Positions 9,990 through 18,289 of a DNA stretch of 32,000 bases are shown one piece after another (position 1 is the first letter of the stretch; the number at the start of each line of letters is the position of its first letter). Below the pieces are notes generated by a model. The model was not told where the DNA came from. It saw only the letters and a program-made list of their open reading frames with translations, and did no database searches. Origin of the DNA: Staphylothermus marinus F1 (GTDB lineage: Archaea > Thermoproteota > Thermoprotei_A > Sulfolobales > Desulfurococcaceae); assembly GCF_000015945.1 (NCBI RefSeq), contig NC_009033.1, positions 1,530,001-1,562,000 of the forward strand, in the 5' to 3' direction. Both the position numbers and the translations under genes were made by a program.

Positions 9990-10984
9990 GAGAACTCGGA
10001 GAAGAAGGTGTTCTCGAGAAAATTATTTCTAAATACATACATAAACCCTTGCCTGGAGAATACTTAGATTATCCAGATGATGCACGAGATATTCTCCCAA
10101 TTTCTCCACGAATACTCGTGAATATTGATGGATACAGTATTTCCTCTATGAAGCTTCCATGGAGGACATGGTCTGATGTAGGATACGTAGCTGTGGCGGG
10201 GGCTATAAGTGATCAAATAGCTAAGGGAGCTGTTCCCAGAGATATAATGGTTTCACTAGGTCTACCCCCCAGCATGGAGGCAAGCATTGTTGAAGAAATA
10301 TATAAGGGCATTGATGAAGCTTCAAGAGATTATAATTTAAGACTCCTCGGAGGAGACACTAATTCATCTAGTACACCATGGATTAGTGTTGCAGTAATAG
10401 GTTATACTACCGCTAAGAAACCGCCTAGTAGGAAAAACGCTAAGCCCGGAGACATAGTTGTTGTTACAAGTCTTTATGGCGCAATGGGTTATGTAGCGAT
10501 TAATGGGGTTGAGAATGCTATACATAAGGAATGGGTTGTAGAAGCAACAAAACGTCCAAGACCATTTCTTGAAACAGCAATTGTTATAGCGAGTAATTAT
10601 AGAGGAGTACATGCTTCAATAGATGTAAGCGATGGATTAGGTTATGCCTTAAAAGAGTTATCGAAGAGGTCAAATGTTCGGATTATTCTGGAAGATAAAC
10701 CCCTCTACTATAAGGAGTTGGAAGAAATATGTAATGGAAACACTCGTTGCTTATGGAAATATGTATTGAATGGCGGAGAAGAATACGGCGTTATACTAAC
10801 AATAGATCCCAGGCTTTCAGATATGATAATTGATTATATGAAGAAGTTTAGAATACCACATAAAATAATTGGAAGAGTAGAGCAGGGACATGGCTTAGTG
10901 TTCGAAAAAGAAGAGATCAGCATAGATGAAATAGTGAGATGGGACCATTTTAAAGGATGGGTACCAATATTCAGCAATAGTTAA
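9953..10984 (+). CDS. thiL: Thiamine-monophosphate kinase (PurM/AIR-synthase-related superfamily)
   Basis: The N-terminal LGELGEEGVLEKII, then DDARDI, AISDQIAKGAVP, LLGGDTNSS and AKPGDIVVVT match the ThiL block order. Every candidate start (TTG 9953, GTG 9956, TTG 9965) lies inside the upstream gene. Confidence 0.7.
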   Translation: MVDELENRDKKLGELGEEGVLEKIISKYIHKPLPGEYLDYPDDARDILPISPRILVNIDGYSISSMKLPWRTWSDVGYVAVAGAISDQIAKGAVPRDIMVSLGLPPSMEASIVEEIYKGIDEASRDYNLRLLGGDTNSSSTPWISVAVIGYTTAKKPPSRKNAKPGDIVVVTSLYGAMGYVAINGVENAIHKEWVVEATKRPRPFLETAIVIASNYRGVHASIDVSDGLGYALKELSKRSNVRIILEDKPLYYKELEEICNGNTRCLWKYVLNGGEEYGVILTIDPRLSDMIIDYMKKFRIPHKIIGRVEQGHGLVFEKEEISIDEIVRWDHFKGWVPIFSNS

Positions 10985-11029
10985 TGATTAATATTTCAAA
11001 CAATACACTAACACTTAGTAAAATATCTA

Positions 11030-11065
11030 TAAACGATCATGAATAATAATGAATAGGATCGTTTA
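11030..11065. promoter_or_regulatory. 9-bp perfect inverted repeat (TAAACGATC / GATCGTTTA) with an 18-nt loop containing ATGAATA twice
   Basis: The arms at 11030-11038 and 11057-11065 were read directly. The element sits 46 nt after the thiL stop and about 22 nt before the phosphatase start, so it could be a terminator hairpin or an operator. Confidence 0.35.
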
Positions 11066-11086
11066 ATTCCTAATAGAATTATAGAG

Positions 11087-12073
11087 GTGCTTGTTTATTT
11101 GAGCTATGTATGGATTATTCCATACAAGTTGGCTCAGGGTCCTTTACCTAGGATTAATGAATTGAAAAGTTTATCTGAAACATTTGATGTATTCATAGTA
11201 CTTATTATGCCTCATGAAGTACCTGGCGGCATAGATTATTATTTATCAATGCTTAATAGTTATGGCATAGAATACATACATGTTCCAACCCCTGATTTTC
11301 ACCCCTTACAATTATTGGAACTATATTATTTATCGAGGTATATTGAGGAGCAAATCAGTAATGGTAGAAAAGTTTTCGTTCACTGTATGGGTGGTGTTGG
11401 AAGGAGTGGTTTAGTAACAGCTTCGTATCTAGTGTATAAGGGATATGATCTATATAGTGCTATCAAGTATTTACGTGATAGAGTTCCTTATGCAATTGAG
11501 AATATTGGTCAGCTAAGAATGCTTGAAGACTATTATTTATTTATGAAAATAATTGATAAAGATCATTTTGGAAAAGTATTTGATCTATTTATGAAGCATA
11601 GCTCGAATACCATGTTTAAACATTCATCTAAAACTGCTCAACTGGTCATAGAGCTTGCTGACCTATTTGGTCTTAGAATTGATAAGTCAATGTATAAAAC
11701 ATTATTGTCATCAATCCTGCACTCAATACGAGATCTAAGAATAATTGAGAAGACACTAGAGAATACATGCACAGATATAGATTACTGTAAGAAGCTAACT
11801 ATTTCTATAATAAAAACTTTAAAGAATTGGACAATCCCCAGCAACCGGGAAGAACTATTAATACTTGTCTCCCATACACTGGATTATACCCGTGATCAAA
11901 GAGTCGTATTTACTGATACAAATATACTTAGCAAAAAAGCTAGTATAACATTATATTGCGACTATGATTGTACAGTTATAATCAATAAACTAGGAGATCT
12001 ACTAAATAAGATAGAAGGAGTGATCGGGAAGAAAATAGAGATTTATCAACAATCATATATGGATTCAGTATAG
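11087..12073 (+). CDS. Dual-specificity/tyrosine protein phosphatase domain with a ~170-aa C-terminal extension of unknown function
   Basis: It carries the CX5R signature VHCMGGVGRSG. An alternative start is TTG 11099, preceded by GAGGTG at 11084-11089. Confidence 0.75.
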   Translation: MLVYLSYVWIIPYKLAQGPLPRINELKSLSETFDVFIVLIMPHEVPGGIDYYLSMLNSYGIEYIHVPTPDFHPLQLLELYYLSRYIEEQISNGRKVFVHCMGGVGRSGLVTASYLVYKGYDLYSAIKYLRDRVPYAIENIGQLRMLEDYYLFMKIIDKDHFGKVFDLFMKHSSNTMFKHSSKTAQLVIELADLFGLRIDKSMYKTLLSSILHSIRDLRIIEKTLENTCTDIDYCKKLTISIIKTLKNWTIPSNREELLILVSHTLDYTRDQRVVFTDTNILSKKASITLYCDYDCTVIINKLGDLLNKIEGVIGKKIEIYQQSYMDSV

Positions 12074-12218
12074 AGAATGGTCCGTGCCCGCTTACTGGCT
12101 AGGATATATCATCGCTCCAAGCGGAGCTACTATCCCGGGTTCTTCTTCATCCCATTTATTCTTAATTATATAGAGCATAATATTAGTTTGCCGTTTTCCT
12201 TTTAATTATCGGTATCGA

Positions 12219-12917
12219 CTATGTTAAATACTTAATTATTTTCTTAAATGGGTATATGATCATATTGAACGTTATTCTGAAAACTTCTATAATAATACAT
12301 ATGATTGCCTTTACTAATCCTTTCTCAGACGCTATTCTCGCTATTTTTATCCATTCTATTTTCGCCATAACATATGTTAGATAAAGCGTTAACACTATGA
12401 GTATAGGTAATGTAATATATTCCGGATAATTTGTAGTTGCTCTTATAGCCCATTCAATGGATGAACCAAAGAATACAGCGAGTCCTGTAATAGTTATTTT
12501 TCCTGCTAGGAGAGCTATGAAGTATTTTTTCAAACTATACTTGGTTGCTCCTAGTGGAATATATATTATATCATCAGGTAGTGGTGATGCAGCAAAAATG
12601 AATACAGCTATAAAAGTTGATTTTCTAAATAATCTTGTGAATAATTCAAGATTTTCCTTCATATTCTCCGGTAATACATGTCTTATTCCCCAACCAAAAT
12701 AATAAACTACTACTTTACCTAAAGCAGCACCAAATCCTCCAGCAAATGTTATCATTGCATGTATGATTGGGTCGTGAACGGAGCCAGAATATAATACTAT
12801 AAATACTAAGTATGGTATAGTAGAGTATGGAATAGCGTTTCCTATAAGAGATACAATAAATACTCCGAAAACTCCGTACTGGTAAATAAGCCATGATAAT
12901 CCCTGAGATATCGTCAA
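12219..12917 (-). CDS. DedA/VTT (SNARE-associated)-family integral membrane protein
   Basis: 232 aa with multiple TM segments. The N-terminal YGVFGVFIVSLIGNAIPYSTIPYLVFIVLYSG resembles the DedA re-entrant motif. The start is TTG. Confidence 0.5.
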   Translation of the reverse strand: MTISQGLSWLIYQYGVFGVFIVSLIGNAIPYSTIPYLVFIVLYSGSVHDPIIHAMITFAGGFGAALGKVVVYYFGWGIRHVLPENMKENLELFTRLFRKSTFIAVFIFAASPLPDDIIYIPLGATKYSLKKYFIALLAGKITITGLAVFFGSSIEWAIRATTNYPEYITLPILIVLTLYLTYVMAKIEWIKIARIASEKGLVKAIICIIIEVFRITFNMIIYPFKKIIKYLT

Positions 12918-13020
12918 ATATTACACCGTTTTCAACAGTTATTAACTATTGATAACTAGGTCATTATTTAATTTTTAATAGGGAACATGAATTAAAATAT
13001 ATTGAGTGTTTACAAAATGT

Positions 13021-13036
13021 GTTAGGGATGCCTAAC
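13021..13036. promoter_or_regulatory. Candidate operator upstream of feoAB: perfect palindrome GTTAGG-GATG-CCTAAC
   Basis: Read directly. It lies 23 nt upstream of the feoA ATG (13059) and downstream of a TATA-like TTAAAATATATT (12992-13003). Confidence 0.35.
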
Positions 13037-13058
13037 ATCTATTATATGGGGATATAAT

Positions 13059-13289
13059 ATGATGCAAACAACATTAGACACATTGCCAAGTGGTGCAAAA
13101 GCGAGGATAATAGGATTCGCTCATGGAGGGGGCTGGCTATATAGATTGTACCAAATGGGTTTTACCCCCGGGGCAATCATAGAGGTTGTAGCTAATTATG
13201 GCAAAGGCCCCCTAATTGTCCGTATTATGGGGGCAGAGGTTGCTGTTGGGAGAGGAATTGCTAGGAGAATACTTGTCCAACCACTATAA
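13059..13289 (+). CDS. feoA: Ferrous iron transport protein A
   Basis: 76-aa SH3-like FeoA pattern (LPSGAKARIIGF...GFTPGAIIEVV...PLIVRIMGAEVAVGRGIARRILV), immediately upstream of feoB. Confidence 0.85.
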   Translation: MMQTTLDTLPSGAKARIIGFAHGGGWLYRLYQMGFTPGAIIEVVANYGKGPLIVRIMGAEVAVGRGIARRILVQPL

Positions 13290-13309
13290 TTATCGGGGGT
13301 GATTTACTT

Positions 13310-15400
13310 TTGCCTAAAGAATACATAGAAGTAGGAGTTATAGGGCAACCAAATGTTGGTAAATCCACTTTATTCAATGTATTAACTGGTAGAAAGGTTC
13401 ATGTAGCTAATTGGCCTGGAGTCACTGTTGAGAAGCATGTGGGTGAACGTATTCATCGGGGTAGAAGAATAATTTTTGTTGATTTACCTGGAATTTATGG
13501 TTTTTCAGCGACAACGATCGAGGAGAGAATTGCGAGAAAATATATTTTAACTCAACAACCAGATGTCCTACTAGTGCTTGTCGATTCGTTGAATCCTGAG
13601 AGAACAATGTATTTAGCTATACAAGCATTAGAAATAACTCCCAGAGTCATACTTGTTTTCACTAAGGTAGATAGCGTCCATGCTCATGGTATTCACATAA
13701 ATTATCGGGCTTTATCAAATAAATTAGATGTTCCAGTGGTTCCAGTATCTTCCGCTACTGGAGTCGGAATAGTTGAGTTGCTCGATACAATAATAGACGT
13801 GAAAGAGGAGCGTAAGGGTAGGAAGACTCCTCTTATAGTTGACTATAAAGAATTGAATCCATTTATTGATTCAATAGTGGATATATTGAGGGAGAAGAAC
13901 GGCAACATATTAGGTTTCCCAATTAGATGGGTTGCTGTTAGGCTGTTGGAAGGTGACGAAGAACTTGAACAAATTATTTGGCAGAAAATGGGGGAAGATG
14001 TACTAGAGAGAATACGTGCGATTAGAGATGAAGTTAAGAAAATATTTGGTAGAGAACCATCAGAGCTTTTGTCTATTAGAAGATTTGAATACATCAACGA
14101 AATATTGAAGGGGGTAGTTATTCGTATTAGTATTAGCTCTAGGAAAAGCAAAGTACTTTCATACTTTTATAAACCAATTATTGGCCCAACTCTCGGCTTA
14201 ACCATACTATTTACTATTTTCATCTTAGCTTTCACGATCAATACCGGTTTTCCTCTGAACATTATATTGGATATCATGGGTTACCCCGATCTTGCATCAG
14301 CTGTTGAAGAGTATAGTATAGGAGGACTAATGGAGTCTGGCTTTGATTATCTAAGCAATATCCTATATAGTGTTATGGGAGATAATATGTATTCACATCT
14401 CATAATAGATGGTATAATAGGTGGTGTTGGCTCAGTATTAATGTTTCTACCATTAATAATGGTTGTAGCCTTAATGCTTGCTATACTAGAGGATTCAGGC
14501 TTGGCTCCTAGAATAGCTGTTAGCCTCCATGGAATGTTGACAAAAATAGGTGTATCGGGCCATGCTATCTTTCCCATGATGCTTGGTTTAGGCTGTAATG
14601 TACCAGCTATAATGGCGACAAGAGCTACTCCTAATATACGTGAAAGACTAAGATTAATTATGACTCTACCATTTATTCCATGTCAAGCTAGGTTAGTGGT
14701 TATGTTAGCTTTTGCATCAGCTTTGTCAGGTATAAAAGGTCTTCTACTAATAATATATGGGTATGTTGCGGCTTTCGCCACTTTTGCAATCACTAACAAG
14801 CTTCTCTACATATATGATAAGAAGAAGAATAAGATTATTGAACCAGAGATCCTCTTGGAGCTGCCACCGCTTCATAGACCAATACCTAGAGTTATATGGT
14901 GGCATGTATGGGATGCGACAAGACATTTCCTAATAAAGGCGGGAACAATTATTTTCTTTCTAAGCATAATAATATGGTTCTCCGTAAGCTTCACATCCTC
15001 TCTAACCTATACAAGTGATCCCTCTATAAGCATAGCTTCAGATATAGCTAAAGTATTTGCACCACTATTATCACCAATAGGTTTATCCGGAGATGCTGCT
15101 TGGATAATGGCGTTCGCGCTCATCATAGGATTTGTTGCGAAAGAAGCAGTAATAGGTACATTAACCATTATAACAGGAGCCTCCTCGGGTACTGCAGCCA
15201 TTATACAGCTAGGCTTAAACGATGCACAAATAGCTGCTTTAACAGTTTTCACAATCCTATACGTACCTTGTCTAGCAACAATAGCTGTTATTCAGCTAGA
15301 ATCTAGGAATTGGAAAATAACATTATCAACTATAGCATTAATGCTGTCTATAGCGTATATTGGAATGATAATAACATATCTTCTAGGATTCCTTATTTAG
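13310..15400 (+). CDS. feoB: Ferrous iron transporter B (G-protein domain plus polytopic membrane domain)
   Basis: GQPNVGKSTLFNVLTG (G1), DLPG (G3) and TKVD (G4) are followed by a long hydrophobic C-terminal part. GGGGGTGA lies upstream of the TTG start. Confidence 0.9.
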   Translation: MPKEYIEVGVIGQPNVGKSTLFNVLTGRKVHVANWPGVTVEKHVGERIHRGRRIIFVDLPGIYGFSATTIEERIARKYILTQQPDVLLVLVDSLNPERTMYLAIQALEITPRVILVFTKVDSVHAHGIHINYRALSNKLDVPVVPVSSATGVGIVELLDTIIDVKEERKGRKTPLIVDYKELNPFIDSIVDILREKNGNILGFPIRWVAVRLLEGDEELEQIIWQKMGEDVLERIRAIRDEVKKIFGREPSELLSIRRFEYINEILKGVVIRISISSRKSKVLSYFYKPIIGPTLGLTILFTIFILAFTINTGFPLNIILDIMGYPDLASAVEEYSIGGLMESGFDYLSNILYSVMGDNMYSHLIIDGIIGGVGSVLMFLPLIMVVALMLAILEDSGLAPRIAVSLHGMLTKIGVSGHAIFPMMLGLGCNVPAIMATRATPNIRERLRLIMTLPFIPCQARLVVMLAFASALSGIKGLLLIIYGYVAAFATFAITNKLLYIYDKKKNKIIEPEILLELPPLHRPIPRVIWWHVWDATRHFLIKAGTIIFFLSIIIWFSVSFTSSLTYTSDPSISIASDIAKVFAPLLSPIGLSGDAAWIMAFALIIGFVAKEAVIGTLTIITGASSGTAAIIQLGLNDAQIAALTVFTILYVPCLATIAVIQLESRNWKITLSTIALMLSIAYIGMIITYLLGFLI

Positions 15401-15507
15401 ACAATACTTAAAACAATAAAATATCATTTTATCATAACAATCGATGTGAAAACAAAAATTCGATTAAACAATACTAAATATCTATGAAGATACCTGGTGA
15501 AATAATA

Positions 15508-16134
15508 ATGAAGCATAAATCAATAATTATAATAACTATTATAGCAATTATCATAGCTTCTTTAATCAGTATACATATCTATAATCAAACAATGAATCAA
15601 AGAGAAGGCTCAGAATCAACATATACAACCACTACAACAACTATTACACCTTTCAACCCATATACTGAGGAGGTTAAGGAAACAATAGCTAATTCTACAA
15701 GGATAAGAATATTTAGTGGAAGCTTATATTTCGATAATTTATTCAAAAACCACTACTACGTATTCACAAGCCAAGGATTATCACTATATACAGGAAAAAA
15801 TTTCTATGGCATATTTAATGCTATGGAATATCCAGGCTATTATTTCAAAACAATAGATCTCAGCGAAAACGAGACAAACATAGTTCTTATAGTAAATATA
15901 TCTTCAACCGGAGTATTAGACTACTCTTACAAAATAGTATTCGAAAATACAAAAACAGGTTCAAAGCTCAGCTGGCCATTAATGAGATCAACGAATACTA
16001 CAATTATAAAAATGGATATCTCAACTATTGGGGGCCCTGGTAAGTATAGACTCTACCTGTATGGATGGATCTATACTGGATCAGACATCGTCACTATTAA
16101 CTGGCAGATCGACTATAGATTGCCTAAAAAATAA
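15508..16134 (+). CDS. Hypothetical N-terminally anchored membrane or secreted protein
   Basis: I prefer ATG 15508 because GGTGA lies at 15496-15500. The N-terminus is MKHKSIIIITIIAIIIASLISI, followed by a Thr-rich linker (STYTTTTTTITP). Confidence 0.5.
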   Translation: MKHKSIIIITIIAIIIASLISIHIYNQTMNQREGSESTYTTTTTTITPFNPYTEEVKETIANSTRIRIFSGSLYFDNLFKNHYYVFTSQGLSLYTGKNFYGIFNAMEYPGYYFKTIDLSENETNIVLIVNISSTGVLDYSYKIVFENTKTGSKLSWPLMRSTNTTIIKMDISTIGGPGKYRLYLYGWIYTGSDIVTINWQIDYRLPKK

Positions 16135-16265
16135 CCGTGAAAAAATTAAATAGTTATTTTAACATTTACCTTCAGTCTTTAGTTGAACCTGATAATATAT
16201 TTTAAATATATGTTAAAACTAAATATTCTATTAAGATAATATTAGCATTAGTGAAGGTGTAGAAA

Positions 16266-18242
16266 TTGAGTGGTTCATCAACAACGTATAGGGTATTGTT
16301 TATAGATGTAAATAATAGGAAATACTGGGTAGAAGAATATGGTCTCGAAGAGGTAATGGGGCCAATCGAGCTTGGGGTAAAGCTTCATCTTGAAAAATAT
16401 AAGTCTTGGAAAAAACCCGTATACGATCCTGATAATGCTGTTGTAATAGGTGCAGGCATCTTTACCGGGACAAACCTTTATGGTGGACACAGGTTTGTAG
16501 CTGTATTCAAGAGTCCTCTTACAAGAGGATTACATGTTGCTGCGATGGGTGGTGCTGCTTATCAGTTTAACGTTAATGCTGATGCCATTGTTGTTGAGGG
16601 TAGATCAAATAAGCCCCTAATAATCAAAGTATATGATGAAGGAGATGGGGAAGTCAAAGTAGATTTTGATGAGATAGATGAGGAAGAACTAGAAAATGTT
16701 TGGAGAAACTATAAGGGAGAAAAAGGTGTATTTGCTCTTCAAGAATATCTAAGCGAGAAATATAAGAAATTCTATGAAGAATACAATGGGAGATCAATAC
16801 TTGTTGGACCAGCATCAAAATACACAAGCCTAGGAGCATTAGTGTCAATAACCCTTGTCAAAGGCAGGATCGATCGTGGAAGCGAAGAATACGCTGCACG
16901 CGGCGGTCCTGGAAGCGTTCTCTACAGAGCACATGGTGTAGCAGCCATAGTGTATGGTGGAAAATTCAATAGAAGAACTAAGAGACCAAAAGATCTCTTG
17001 GATACACGTAAAATAAACGAGTTGTTCAGAGAAATAGCTGGAAAACCATATATAACAATGGTTATCGAAGCTGGAACAAAGTATAGATATAACCCAAAGC
17101 TCAACACTGGAGGTACACTTGGAGGAAACTATCCCAGCTTAAAAATATATACTCCAATGTTCAACTGGAACATGATCTATTTACCTCCTGATCTCAGAGA
17201 AAAACTACACGAACTAATAATGAAACACATATGGGAACCATTCAATAAGGAAGCCATAGAAACTAAGTCTTGGAAAACATGCGGAGAACCATGTCCTATT
17301 GCATGTAAAAAAGTTAGATTAGACAAGTATAAATCAGACTATGAACCCTACGAAGGATTCGGACCATTCATAGGAGTATTCGACATACATGAGTCACAGA
17401 AAATAGTAGAATTAGTAGATGCGTATGGGTTTGACGCTATAGAGACAGGACAACTAGTTGGATTCATATATGATGCTTTAGAGAAGGGATTATTAACACC
17501 TGGAGAAGTAGGTTTATCGAGTAAACCCTACTTTAATCCATATGAGTTCAAACTTGAATATAGTAAGCATAATGCTGACCTAGCAATTCAACTAATAGAG
17601 AACCTGGCATGGGGTAAGAACCCATTATTGAAACTAATCGGAGAGAAAGGATTAAGATCGGCTGCTAAAATATTGGATATACTATACGAGAACAGAGTAA
17701 ATGAGAGAAAATGGAGATTCTCAGACCTATTAGTATATGCATCCTTCGGCGAAGAAGGACATATAACACCAAACTATTACTGGACACCTGGAATGGTAGC
17801 ACCACTACCAGTTCTGGGAAGATACTGGACACTCTATAAGGGAGTATTCATAGATCCAGAACAATACGCTGAGAAAAGCTTTGAGAGAGCAGTAAAGGAA
17901 ATGTGGAGCGATAATGGTGGGTTCTGCAGATTCCATCGTGGATGGGCTGAGAAAACACTTGACAAACTATATGAGAAATACTATGGAATAAAGGATCTCA
18001 ATGAAAGATATAAGCAATTATACAAGAAAATAATGGAGTACCAAGACTTATCAGGAGCTAAACCAACATTCTGGGAATCCAAGAAAATAATAGACTACCT
18101 AGCCAATGCAGCTAAGGAATACGGCAACGATGAATGGAACGCTAAGTTCTCACTGAACAAAGAGGAAGCAGCTAGGGAATGGTGGGAGAAATTCTATGCT
18201 AAACTAAACGAGTTATTATCAAGTACGCCGGTGCAGAAGTAG
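16266..18242 (+). CDS. gor: Glyceraldehyde-3-phosphate:ferredoxin oxidoreductase (tungsten AOR family, GAPOR type)
   Basis: The 658-aa length and the blocks AARGGPGSVL, YRYNPKLNTGGTLGGNYP, TCGEPCPIACKK and FCRFHRGW match my memory of Pyrococcus GAPOR. An SD-like GGTG lies at 16256-16259 and a TATA-like TTTAAATATA at 16201-16210. Confidence 0.85.
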   Translation: MSGSSTTYRVLFIDVNNRKYWVEEYGLEEVMGPIELGVKLHLEKYKSWKKPVYDPDNAVVIGAGIFTGTNLYGGHRFVAVFKSPLTRGLHVAAMGGAAYQFNVNADAIVVEGRSNKPLIIKVYDEGDGEVKVDFDEIDEEELENVWRNYKGEKGVFALQEYLSEKYKKFYEEYNGRSILVGPASKYTSLGALVSITLVKGRIDRGSEEYAARGGPGSVLYRAHGVAAIVYGGKFNRRTKRPKDLLDTRKINELFREIAGKPYITMVIEAGTKYRYNPKLNTGGTLGGNYPSLKIYTPMFNWNMIYLPPDLREKLHELIMKHIWEPFNKEAIETKSWKTCGEPCPIACKKVRLDKYKSDYEPYEGFGPFIGVFDIHESQKIVELVDAYGFDAIETGQLVGFIYDALEKGLLTPGEVGLSSKPYFNPYEFKLEYSKHNADLAIQLIENLAWGKNPLLKLIGEKGLRSAAKILDILYENRVNERKWRFSDLLVYASFGEEGHITPNYYWTPGMVAPLPVLGRYWTLYKGVFIDPEQYAEKSFERAVKEMWSDNGGFCRFHRGWAEKTLDKLYEKYYGIKDLNERYKQLYKKIMEYQDLSGAKPTFWESKKIIDYLANAAKEYGNDEWNAKFSLNKEEAAREWWEKFYAKLNELLSSTPVQK

Positions 18243-18289
18243 AAAAATAAGTTATTATATTATTCTTTACTATATGGTGACAACTATTA

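Noticed and set aside
12066-12150. Relatively GC-rich stretch between the convergent phosphatase and dedA genes (…GGTCCGTGCCCGCTTACTGGCTAGG…GCTCCAAGCGGAGC…CCCGGGTTC…), considered as a tRNA fragment, att site or C/D-box sRNA
   Set aside because: I could not build a cloverleaf, because it lacks a proper D-arm and has no 7-nt T-loop after GGTTC. There is no RUGAUGA/CUGA box pair on either strand. Only short alternative hairpins are present (CCGCTT/AAGCGG, GCTCC/GGAGC). It may simply be a convergent terminator region.
13422-15306. Short ORFs inside feoB (13422..13607-, 13843..14151-, 14347..14577-, 15007..15252-, 15100..15306+)
   Set aside because: They are fully nested in or antisense to a strongly supported FeoB frame, and no motifs are visible. 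The same reasoning applies to nested ORFs in the 1333-aa gene (6865..7074-), thiL (10364..10612-), dedA (12457..12702+), gor (16278.., 16654.., 16922..), argS (25433.., 26994.., 27130.., 27201..), the NTase (28234..28422-), the aminotransferase (30442..30819-), 31002..31286-, 18199..18438-, 23590..23817- and 23707..23943+.
16135-16265. AT-only palindromes upstream of gor (e.g. AAATAGTTATTT) and a search for a Thermococcales-type TGM box (TATCAC-N5-GTGATA)
   Set aside because: Short A/T palindromes are expected by chance in this composition, and no TGM-like motif is present.
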